Below are positions 32,909-40,081 of a stretch of DNA of 40,081 nucleotides, piece by piece. The notes beneath the pieces are model-generated. The model was not told the DNA's origin and made no database searches. It saw only the letters and a program-made list of their open reading frames with translations. Within the stretch, counting starts at the first letter, position 1. Every line of letters starts with the position of its first letter. Both the position numbers and the translations under genes were made by a program. This stretch comes from an uncultured Pirellulales bacterium (GTDB lineage: Bacteria; Planctomycetota; Phycisphaerae; Sedimentisphaerales; SM23-30): assembly GCA_964582655.1 (NCBI GenBank), contig CAZOTP010000002.1, forward strand, positions 1 to 40,081, written 5' to 3'.

Positions 32909-35329
32909 CTATTTTAACTGTTTGGCGAAATGGCTGAGCAGGTTGGCGACACCTTCGAGAATATCTTTGGGCGGGATTGGCAGGTTCAGATGCTTTTGGC
33001 CGGTGGCGGCATCGGTCGTTATTTTCGATTCAGAAATCACCCGGACTAGTGTTTCGCCCAGCGATTTGCTCTGTCCGCCGAGGGACGCGCTGAGTTTATT
33101 CAGAAATGACAGGCCCGCAGCGGTTAGTTCGTTCCATGCGGGCTGCTGCTTCGAAGGTCTTTTTCCCGCGGCATCGCGATATGGTCGCTCTTCGGCGTCT
33201 GTTTGGATTTCTGAAACAGCGGGCATGGATTGCGGAATACTGCCGGTGGCTTTTTCCACGGAATCCATAAATCGCTTTAATCGTGTTCCCCCCAGGAAGA
33301 CCTCATCCTGCCCCTTGTCCAGCACGCCGGCAAAAAGCGATTGCTTGAACGACAGCAGAGACAGCATCCCATGCTCGATGGTTCCCTGGGCGACAAAGTT
33401 GACCACCCGCACCGGGCGGTGCTGGCCCAGGCGATGCACCCGCCCGATCCGCTGTTCCAGCACGGCCGGATTCCACGGCAAATCCATATTAATCACGGCC
33501 GAGGCGTTTTGCAGGTTCAGCCCCACACCGCCGGCGTCGGTCGAAAGAAACACCCGGCAGCGCGGATCCTCTTTGAATTGATGGATCAGGTCCTTGCGTT
33601 TGATCCCCGGCACGCCGCCGTGAAACAGCACATGGTTGTGTTTGAATTTCCGAAAGCGATCCTCGATAATTTCATGCGTTCCCAGCCACTGGCTGAAAAT
33701 CACGACTTTGGCGTCCGGCTGCTCGAAAATGTCTTTTAGAACGGCGATCAGCTCATCCGCCTTGACGCCGTAATCCGTCTTTTTGTCGAGCAAATAGGTG
33801 CTGTTGCAGCTCATCCGCATATTCTGAAGGGCGATCATCAAAATTCGCTGATCCGTCTCCGACAGGAATCCGTACCGCTGCCATTTCGCGACAATCCTCG
33901 CTACCGTTTCGCGATTTTCCTCATGGTGCTTCATCTGCTGATCGGTCATGGGAACAAAATAATTTTTCTCCAGCCGCTCCGGCAGTTCTTTCAACACTTC
34001 CTGTTTGGTTCGCCGGATCAATATGCTCTCCAGCGACTGGCCGATACGGGCCAGATGCCAATACCCGATCACCTTGCCGCGTTCATCCACGTGCTGATGC
34101 TCCGCCAGGAAACGGAACTGCGGCCCCAGATGAAATCGATCGACAAATTCGACGATCGAATGCAGCTCCTCCAGCCGATTTTCCAGCGGCGTACCGGTCA
34201 GCACAAGGGCGTACTGGGATTGCAGTTTTTTAACGCTTTGGGCCCGGCGTGTCTTCCAGTTTTTGATCCGCTGCGCTTCATCCAGGATAATCAGGTCCGG
34301 CCGCCATCGTCCGATCAGGTCGCAGTCCCGTTCCACCACATCATAATTGGTGATTTTGTAAAACGATTCCGAGGCGTATAGCCCCTCTCGCCGGACCAGC
34401 GAACCTTCCACCACCGCGGCAGACCGGGAACAGAACTTTTCAATTTCCTGTTTCCACTGATGTTTCAGCGAGGTTGGTGCGATAATCAGCACCCGTTCTA
34501 AACCGACAGTTTTAGCCAGGATCTCCACAGCCGCAATCGCCTGAATTGTTTTGCCCAGCCCCATGTCGTCGGCAATCAGGCATCGCCCTGCCTGGGCGGC
34601 AAACAACGCCCCTTTCCGCTGATACGGATACAGCCGAACTTTGAGCAGGGAATTAAACGCCCCGCTGTGAATACCCCGGGAAAATATTTTTTCAATCGTT
34701 TGTTTTCGATGAATGTTATCCCGCACCTGGGCGATAAACGCCAACGTATCCTCATAACAGCGCACCTCATGCGTATCGCGTGTTGCCTGCTTAAGAAATG
34801 CATCAAACGCTTGATACCTTTTTGGCGGCAAAATCCCCTGTTTATCAAAATACGTTCTCGCCAGCCGAACCAAAGATGTCGGGCATTGTGTTCCGGGCCG
34901 AAAGATCACCTCGCGCCGAGCGCCATAACGAAGGTAAATTTCCGAATACGCAGGCCGAAATCCCCTGGCAAAAGCGGATTTAGCCCCTTTTTTCTTCTGC
35001 AGGTGAACCAATGTCCATTCGATATGTTTGCAGGTCCCCAGCGTATTGACCGAAAAATCCGGACAGGAACAGTAATTATCGCCCAGTCCCAAGCCGCGAA
35101 TTGCTACGCGATACTCCCCGCCGCTTTGGGGATTCGTCACCAGAAATTCCGAAAAAATCGGATCCCTGCCTGTATTTTTAATTTGAAATTCCTGCGTTTG
35201 TGCGAATTGCTTCCGTAATGCGGTCTGCCAGTGTTCCAGCGACAGCTCTTCAGGCCTTCGCAAATGCGATATATTGGGCTTTTTCGCATTTTTATGATGA
35301 ATAGATGACCTTATTCGTTTTTTCATCAT
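32909..35329 (-). CDS. SNF2-family ATP-dependent helicase/translocase with an N-terminal SWIM zinc finger
   Basis: SWIM motif CSCPDFSVNTLGTCKHIEW. SNF2 motifs LIADDMGLGKT (I), DEAQRIKN (II), LVLTGTPLEN (III), and the C-terminal helicase motifs STDAGGVGLNLQ and QRIGRVHRLGQ. The start is placed at ATG 35327-35329, 6 nt after AGGAG. The track start at 35335 is TTG. Confidence 0.9.
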   Translation of the reverse strand: MMKKRIRSSIHHKNAKKPNISHLRRPEELSLEHWQTALRKQFAQTQEFQIKNTGRDPIFSEFLVTNPQSGGEYRVAIRGLGLGDNYCSCPDFSVNTLGTCKHIEWTLVHLQKKKGAKSAFARGFRPAYSEIYLRYGARREVIFRPGTQCPTSLVRLARTYFDKQGILPPKRYQAFDAFLKQATRDTHEVRCYEDTLAFIAQVRDNIHRKQTIEKIFSRGIHSGAFNSLLKVRLYPYQRKGALFAAQAGRCLIADDMGLGKTIQAIAAVEILAKTVGLERVLIIAPTSLKHQWKQEIEKFCSRSAAVVEGSLVRREGLYASESFYKITNYDVVERDCDLIGRWRPDLIILDEAQRIKNWKTRRAQSVKKLQSQYALVLTGTPLENRLEELHSIVEFVDRFHLGPQFRFLAEHQHVDERGKVIGYWHLARIGQSLESILIRRTKQEVLKELPERLEKNYFVPMTDQQMKHHEENRETVARIVAKWQRYGFLSETDQRILMIALQNMRMSCNSTYLLDKKTDYGVKADELIAVLKDIFEQPDAKVVIFSQWLGTHEIIEDRFRKFKHNHVLFHGGVPGIKRKDLIHQFKEDPRCRVFLSTDAGGVGLNLQNASAVINMDLPWNPAVLEQRIGRVHRLGQHRPVRVVNFVAQGTIEHGMLSLLSFKQSLFAGVLDKGQDEVFLGGTRLKRFMDSVEKATGSIPQSMPAVSEIQTDAEERPYRDAAGKRPSKQQPAWNELTAAGLSFLNKLSASLGGQSKSLGETLVRVISESKITTDAATGQKHLNLPIPPKDILEGVANLLSHFAKQLK

Positions 35330-35620
35330 CGGCAACTCCTGATTTTATATGACCTGATTATATGCAGGGCCGCTGAAGCAAAAAGTAAAATCTGAATTCA
35401 TCCGGCAACGCTGCAATTGTTCTTTACACTGGATTGATTGGAAGCCCAAATCCCTATTGCCAAGCCGGGTGAAAACGATCATTCCAAGGGAGCTGATTTT
35501 GGAGATATTTCCCACCCAATCAATTACGTTAAGTATTTATCACATAAGAATTTATATATTACGGGTTTCGGTGGAAGGCCCTGCGGTGAACAATATCCCA
35601 ATTACGTGCAAAATGAGCAT

Positions 35621-35649
35621 AAACGAAAAGACTTGCCGGGTAGCAAGTC
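35621..35649 (-). terminator. Rho-independent terminator downstream of the tRNA
   Basis: On the minus strand the sequence reads GACTTGC-tacccg-GCAAGTC followed by TTTTCGTTT. It lies 18 nt after the tRNA 3' end. Confidence 0.6.
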
Positions 35650-35666
35650 CTGACGAATTAAAAAAC

Positions 35667-35740
<74 letters not shown>

Positions 35741-35771
35741 GCCGTATCCAAGGCATCCGCCAAGGACACTA

Positions 35772-35800
35772 CATGCTAGGGAGAAAAGTGCCTCCTGTCA
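35772..35800 (-). promoter_or_regulatory. Sigma70-like promoter TTGACA-N17-TAGCAT for the tRNA
   Basis: On the minus strand the sequence reads TTGACAggaggcacttttctcccTAGCAT. The -10 box ends about 31 nt upstream of the mature tRNA 5' end. Confidence 0.45.
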
Positions 35801-36068
35801 AGGCAAATGCTTAAAAAACAACGAGTTAGGCAATTCGATGCAGGCTGCTCCGCAAACACCTCGTAAGTGCCTGTAAAAAATAGGGTTAGACCGACAAAGG
35901 AGCCCTGATTGATCTGTTTGGCACACCGGATGCCGCAGCTAATCCCTGCTTTTTTATCCTAAGAATGAAGAAAGTTGTGGTTTGAAAAGCTCCGGGAAGT
36001 ATGGTTCAATGGATTAGGCGGCGGCAGTCCGCCGCGTTAACAGATGAAATCCCGGATGGAGATGAAAT

Positions 36069-37265
36069 ATGCAGATTTTGGCAAGACACTCGCTTTGGAC
36101 AGCAGCGGCCATACTGGTGTGGCTAGCTTCCCTCTCGCTTGGGCAGCAGTCCAACCCCGAACCGTCAAACACCTCGGAAACGACCGCACCGACTCCCGCA
36201 GATCCAACACCCGCCGAAGCTCCTTCCCTGGAAACCACACCTGTTTCGGAAAATCATTTCGCTGGCGAGCTGGGCGGAACAGCCCTGCGGATCAATGAGG
36301 ATGCGATTACCTCCGCCGAAGTGCTGGCATCGATGACCGAAACCTTTAAGGAAATGGAAAAAGGACTCGACCCGAAGGTCTTCCTGGCCAAGGCCCAGCC
36401 TCTGGTCCTTCGGGCAACCACCGCCAAAATGTACGACCTCCTGATTTATCAGCATGCCAAAAGCGTCCTGTCCAAAAATGAAAATTATGAGGATATTCTC
36501 AACAAGGCGATGGAGACCGAGCGAAAAACCCTTCTGGCCCGCTATAACGGCGAAATTTCCCGCGCGCGCGAAGAACTCGCCCAAAAGGGCAGCACCATCG
36601 AGAAAGAGCTGGAAGCCGTAAAACGCGAACTGATTGTATCGAGCTTCCGCGAGGCCTATTTTACTCCCACCCTCGAAATCACCCGGGGCGAAAAACAGCA
36701 GTATTACTGGCGCAATCAGCAGAAGGAATTCGAACAGCCCGCCGAGCTGGAATTTCGCCTCATTGAGATTCCCTTTCAGGCCTTCGCTTCCGTCGGCATG
36801 ACAAAAACCCAGGCTGCTGAAAAAGCCAAAGCCCAGGCCGATGCGGCCATGGCAAAACTCTCCGAAGGAATGGATTTCGCCGAAGCCGCGAAAGAATACA
36901 GCCGTTTTCGGCCTGCCGAAGGCGGATACTGGAAAGGAAATCCCGATTCCCTTCAGGAACGCTATAGCCCCGTCGTCAAAGCCCTGGAAACCATCGCGCC
37001 CGGCGCCCATACCAACCTCGTCGAAAACGACGATCGCTTTTTCATCGCCCAGCTCATTCGCAGGCAGGACCCCAGAACCATCCCCTTCTCCGAGGCTCAG
37101 GAACTGATTACCGAACAGATTCGCAAAGAGCGGTGGCAAAAATTCTTCTCGGACCTGAGCGGCAAGCTCCTCGACAAAGCGGTCGTCGGAGATGTGGACA
37201 GCTTTGTGCGGGATACCGCCGCCGTCGCCTACAAAGTGTATCTAATGGAAAATCCCGGGAAGTAA
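36069..37265 (+). CDS. Secreted parvulin-type peptidyl-prolyl isomerase (SurA/PrsA/PpiD-like chaperone)
   Basis: Signal peptide followed by a P/T/E-rich linker. The C-terminal PpiC-type block reads EFRLIEIPF...LSEGMDFAEAAKEYSRFRPAEGGYWKG...RFFIAQLI. Confidence 0.7.
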   Translation: MQILARHSLWTAAAILVWLASLSLGQQSNPEPSNTSETTAPTPADPTPAEAPSLETTPVSENHFAGELGGTALRINEDAITSAEVLASMTETFKEMEKGLDPKVFLAKAQPLVLRATTAKMYDLLIYQHAKSVLSKNENYEDILNKAMETERKTLLARYNGEISRAREELAQKGSTIEKELEAVKRELIVSSFREAYFTPTLEITRGEKQQYYWRNQQKEFEQPAELEFRLIEIPFQAFASVGMTKTQAAEKAKAQADAAMAKLSEGMDFAEAAKEYSRFRPAEGGYWKGNPDSLQERYSPVVKALETIAPGAHTNLVENDDRFFIAQLIRRQDPRTIPFSEAQELITEQIRKERWQKFFSDLSGKLLDKAVVGDVDSFVRDTAAVAYKVYLMENPGK

Positions 37266-37289
37266 AATCCATCTTGCACTGAGGACCGT

Positions 37290-37823
37290 ATGGACAATCG
37301 GAATTTATGGGCGCCCTGGCGGATCGGCTATTTGCGGAGCCTGGACAGCCGTCAGAAAGCCGCCAAAGAAGATGGCGGCTGTTTTTTGTGCGAATACTGG
37401 AAACATCCCGAACACGACCGTGAAAATCTGGTCCTCTGGCGGGGAAAAACCAGCTTTGTCGTCTTCAACCGATTCCCCTATACCGGCGGCCACATGATGG
37501 TTGCCCCTGCGGCCCATGTCGCTAACCTCGGCGGCCTTCCCGATGAAACGCTCCTGGAAATGATGCGCCTGGGACGCGATGTCCAGACGATTCTGACCGA
37601 AGCGATTCGCGCCCAAGGCTTCAACATGGGAATCAATGTCCAGCGGTGCGCCGGTGCGGGACTGCCCGACCATGTCCACATGCACGTTGTGCCCCGCTGG
37701 GAAGGCGATACCAATTTCATGGATGTCATCGGCGATGTCCGCGTGATCAGCCAGTCCCTCGAGGAGCTCTACGACCAGTTGAAAACCCTCTCGGCAAAAA
37801 TGAACCTTCCCGCTGCCGGATAA
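37290..37823 (+). CDS. HIT-family nucleotide hydrolase/transferase
   Basis: Histidine-triad motif HVHMHVVPRW preceded by NRFPYTGGHMMVAP. GAGGA lies upstream of the ATG. Confidence 0.85.
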   Translation: MDNRNLWAPWRIGYLRSLDSRQKAAKEDGGCFLCEYWKHPEHDRENLVLWRGKTSFVVFNRFPYTGGHMMVAPAAHVANLGGLPDETLLEMMRLGRDVQTILTEAIRAQGFNMGINVQRCAGAGLPDHVHMHVVPRWEGDTNFMDVIGDVRVISQSLEELYDQLKTLSAKMNLPAAG

Positions 37824-37875
37824 AACCACTCGCCAAAACACAGCCCCTTGCAAATCGGGCAGGAGAATCATAATC

Positions 37876-38139
37876 ATGACGATTCGCGAATTTCAGCAGT
37901 TGATTTCGAAAAAATATGAACAGCGGGACCGCCAGCGCGGCACTCCCGCCACCTTTTTATGGTTCATCGAAGAGGTCGGCGAGCTGGCAACCGCCCTGGC
38001 CGGAACCGATCAGGATAACAAAGTCGAGGAATTCGGCGATGTCCTCGCCTGGCTTTGTACTCTCGCCAACATCAACGGCGTCGATCTCGAATCCGCCGTC
38101 CAGAAATACGCCGGCGAAAACCATCTCGGATATAAATAA
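37876..38139 (+). CDS. Small MazG-like nucleotide pyrophosphohydrolase domain protein
   Basis: 87 aa. The sequence FLWFIEEVGELATAL...EEFGDVLAWLCTLAN contains the EExxE...D-type MazG helices. Confidence 0.8.
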   Translation: MTIREFQQLISKKYEQRDRQRGTPATFLWFIEEVGELATALAGTDQDNKVEEFGDVLAWLCTLANINGVDLESAVQKYAGENHLGYK

Positions 38140-38244
38140 CCCCCCTGCCTCTCCGGCACATCCTCCGCTCCAGCCGGAGACTGGGCCTTGTCCTTTTCTC
38201 AATCCGAAGCGGCATGGCGGCAGGGCATCGTCGAAAAGAATCCC

Positions 38245-38273
38245 TTGACAGTGTCGACCGACAGAGATACTAT
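38245..38273 (+). promoter_or_regulatory. Promoter TTGACA-N17-TACTAT with the inverted repeat TGTCGacCGACA (38252-38263) in the spacer
   Basis: Read directly from the sequence. It lies about 44 nt upstream of the MNT ATG. The inverted-repeat position is typical of TA autoregulation. Confidence 0.45.
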
Positions 38274-38316
38274 AAGCTGGTTCTCTGGTATATGGATGAA
38301 TGGTTGGGCATTTGCC

Positions 38317-38619
38317 ATGATCGATATAAACAAAATTCAACCCGCCATTGCACAAACCTGCCGGCAGTTGTCCGTAAAACGACTGGGCCTGTTCGGCTCG
38401 GTCTTGACGGAGGACTTCTCCGACCGGAGCGATGTGGATGTGCTGGTGATCTTCGACGTCGAAAAAGATGTCGATTGGTTTGACCGCTATTTTTCCTTAA
38501 AGGAAAAACTCGAAGAAATCTTTCAGCGACAGGTCGATCTGGTCGTCGATAAAAAATTCCGAAATCCCGTATTTCAGCAGTCCGTGGACAGAACCCGCAC
38601 CGTTATCTATGAACGATGA
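38317..38619 (+). CDS. mntA: MNT-type nucleotidyltransferase antitoxin (MntA-like)
   Basis: 100 aa from ATG 38317. Contains the minimal NTase motif GLFGSVLTEDFSDRSDVDVLV (GS-x10-D-x-D). Confidence 0.85.
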   Translation: MIDINKIQPAIAQTCRQLSVKRLGLFGSVLTEDFSDRSDVDVLVIFDVEKDVDWFDRYFSLKEKLEEIFQRQVDLVVDKKFRNPVFQQSVDRTRTVIYER

Positions 38620-38954
38620 AATCCGAAAACATCTGTACGACATCCTCCAGGCCGCAGAGGAAATCCAGAATTTCATCCGCAGCATGGATCTCGCTGCCTA
38701 CCAAAATAGCCAGCCTCATCACCCAGCGGGCCGTTGAGAGGGATTTTGAAATCATCGGCGAGGCTCTGAACTGGATTCGGCATACAGATAACGAAATTCT
38801 CACCAGAATCTCCGAGTCCCGCCGCATTATCGAATTCCGTAATATCCTGATTCATGGCTATGATGTCGTGGATGAATCCATCGTCTGGAACGCCGTAACC
38901 GGCCATTTGCCGATTCTGATCGCCGAAATCCGGGATCTTTTCTCCCTCCAATAA
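38609..38954 (+). pseudogene. hepT: HEPN/DUF86 toxin (HepT-like) disrupted by a +1 frameshift (4-bp AGCC tandem duplication at 38708-38715)
   Basis: The frame starting at ATG 38609 encodes a textbook DUF86 N-terminus, MNDEIRKHLYDILQAAEEIQNFIRSMDLAAYQNS, then runs to a stop at 38735-38737. The rest of the domain (LITQRAVERDFEIIGEA...FRNILIHGY, an Rx4H motif) is in the frame of the track ORF 38616..38954. Removing one AGCC unit fuses them into a 113-aa DUF86 protein. Confidence 0.75.
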
Positions 38955-39371
38955 CACATTTTCCTGTCGCCCATGCCGTCGCCTTTCCGCTTTCCAAACT
39001 CTTCGTAACCAATGTCATCCCAAGCAAGGCAAAGCCCAACGTGGTGATCTCAACTGTTATTCCTGCAAAGGAATAACATCCCCGCGAAGGATTGTCACCC
39101 ATGCGGAGGTGGGGGCAGGGGCCCAAAAGAATGTAAAAATTCACCCGCTCACCCTATCCTTTCCTCGCCTCGCCCGCCGGTTCAGTTTTATAAACCATTT
39201 GTTGACAAGCAAATATGGCGGAATGGCAATTTTCCTTCCCTGGCCCGCCCGGTTCGGGTATAATACCTTTAATAAACTTGGAATCCAGTCAGCACGCCCA
39301 AAAGGCCTTTTCGGGATTTCAAATGCGGAAAGATTAAAATTTCGAAGGGACTATGCCGTAGGAGTTCTTGT

Positions 39372-40081
39372 ATGGGACAGCGCATTGGGTTTGGATTGGC
39401 GGCAGTTCTGGGGATTCTCACTTCGTTCACCTTCGCTCAGTGCGACTTCGACTGGAAACCGGGACAGGGGATTCCGGGTGTCGATGGTGTTGTACATGCG
39501 GTTACAACATGGGATCCAGATGGGGCTGGACCTCAACCAGAGCTTTTAATTGTTGGCGGAAGTTTCACTATAGCCGGGGATGTGATGGTCAATAACATCG
39601 CGGCTTGGGATGGTACTCAATGGCAACCGCTGGGAAGTGGGATGGATAATGCGGTTTCATCACTGACGGTATTTAACGGACATCTAGTCGCCGGAGGGAG
39701 TTTTATCTCCGCTGGCGGTGTCAGTGCTAACCATATCGCGAAGTGGGACGGCAGTATATGGCTTCAATTGGGAGACGGGATGAATGATTCCGTTCTTGCT
39801 TTGACTATTTATACCAACTATTTGATAGCGGGTGGAAATTTCACAATGGCGGGGGATATTTCCGCCAATCGAATTGCTCGCTGGGATGGATCTGCATGGC
39901 ATGCATTTGACCGTGAAATTGACGGAATAGATACTCAAGTTCGCGCTTTAACAACCTATAACAACCAGTTAATTGCGGGAGGATTTTTCACTTCTGCCAA
40001 TGGTGTGGCAACTCAAAACATTGCCACTTGGAACGGCAGTAATTGGCTGCCTCTGGGAACAGGAGTGAATAGCTATGTCTT
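39372..40081 (+). CDS. Secreted beta-propeller repeat protein (Kelch-like, roughly 46-aa repeats), 3'-partial
   Basis: Absent from the ORF track because it has no stop inside the window. ATG 39372 lies 8 nt after AGGAG. My translation is open to the window end (236 codons): MGQRIGFGLAAVLGILTSFTFAQC... It then contains at least four repeats of the form V-x-A/S-L-T-x-[YF]-x-x-x-L-[IV]-A-G-G-x-F-x-x-A-G-x-x-x-x-N-x-I-A-x-W-[DN]-G-[ST]-x-W-x-x-L-G. Confidence 0.7.
   Translation, partial: MGQRIGFGLAAVLGILTSFTFAQCDFDWKPGQGIPGVDGVVHAVTTWDPDGAGPQPELLIVGGSFTIAGDVMVNNIAAWDGTQWQPLGSGMDNAVSSLTVFNGHLVAGGSFISAGGVSANHIAKWDGSIWLQLGDGMNDSVLALTIYTNYLIAGGNFTMAGDISANRIARWDGSAWHAFDREIDGIDTQVRALTTYNNQLIAGGFFTSANGVATQNIATWNGSNWLPLGTGVNSYV

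Noticed and set aside
35336-35666. Small ORFs 35438..35653 (71 aa, TTG start) and 35457..35669 (70 aa) in the AT-rich spacer, and the idea of an integrated element at the tRNA
   Set aside because: The ORFs have no SD and no motif, they overlap each other, and they run into the tRNA terminator hairpin. No integrase, excisionase or direct repeat of the tRNA 3' end is visible anywhere in the window.
38700-38720. Programmed ribosomal frameshifting in hepT
   Set aside because: The shift needed is +1, and the site (CAA AAT AGC CAG CCT) has no recognisable slippery or hungry-codon context. A simple 4-bp tandem duplication explains it fully.
39055-39076. Hairpin GTTATTCC-tgcaaa-GGAATAAC, the palindrome AAAAGGCCTTTT near 39300, and the hairpin GCGGCGG-cagt-CCGCCGC at 36017-36034
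   Set aside because: None is followed by a U-tract on either strand and none is adjacent to a gene end. They may be structural or regulatory, but there is no supporting context.

Overview
This is a 40,081-bp GC-rich bacterial chromosomal segment. All family calls come from motif recognition in the translations; no database search was possible. The gene content (FG-GAP propeller, DUF559, URO-D-fold genes inside sugar operons, SSS/TRAP uptake) is reminiscent of PVC-group or Planctomycetota-like genomes, but that placement is inference only.

Bases 1-32,590 form a dense sugar and organic-acid catabolic island with four transcription units:
1. A 10-gene minus-strand operon (11674 down to 1) headed by a GntR/FCD regulator. 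It encodes an HpcH/HpaI aldolase, a tartrate/isopropylmalate-dehydrogenase-family enzyme, an aldehyde dehydrogenase, a D-2-hydroxyacid dehydrogenase, an enolase-superfamily acid-sugar dehydratase, a 7-bladed FG-GAP protein, a secreted propeller glycosidase-like protein, an SSS symporter and an SGNH lipoprotein. Most gene junctions are ATGA overlaps.
2. A minus-strand operon (19487 down to 11889) headed by a second GntR/FCD regulator. It encodes an SSS symporter, a URO-D-fold protein interrupted by one in-frame TAA, a split transketolase, a DHDPS/NAL-type aldolase and a fucose/arabinose-isomerase-family protein, and ends in an intrinsic terminator.
3. A LarA-family (nickel-pincer) 2-hydroxyacid racemase/epimerase homolog paired with an Nramp-fold transporter that lacks the canonical metal-binding motifs.
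4. An 8-gene plus-strand operon (22802-32590). It encodes an oversized transaldolase-fold protein with Gln at the catalytic Glu position, an Fe-alcohol dehydrogenase, a UxaE-like epimerase, an SDR, TRAP DctPQM and a second URO-D-fold protein.

I recognise no sugar kinase and no ABC transporter in these roughly 27 genes. The transketolase and transaldolase-fold operons are the best candidates for undescribed non-phosphorylative or anionic-sugar pathways.

The remaining 7.5 kb is visibly less GC-rich. It contains:
- a truncated DUF559 ORF
- an SNF2/SWIM helicase
- an initiator tRNA-Met with its own promoter and terminator
- a parvulin-type PPIase, a HIT protein and a small MazG-like protein
- an MNT/HepT toxin-antitoxin pair whose toxin is frameshifted by a 4-bp AGCC tandem duplication
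- a 3'-partial secreted beta-propeller repeat protein with different codon usage

Two real genes, at the two window edges, are absent from the supplied ORF track because they have no stop codon inside the window. No CRISPR array, transposase, integrase or rRNA was seen.
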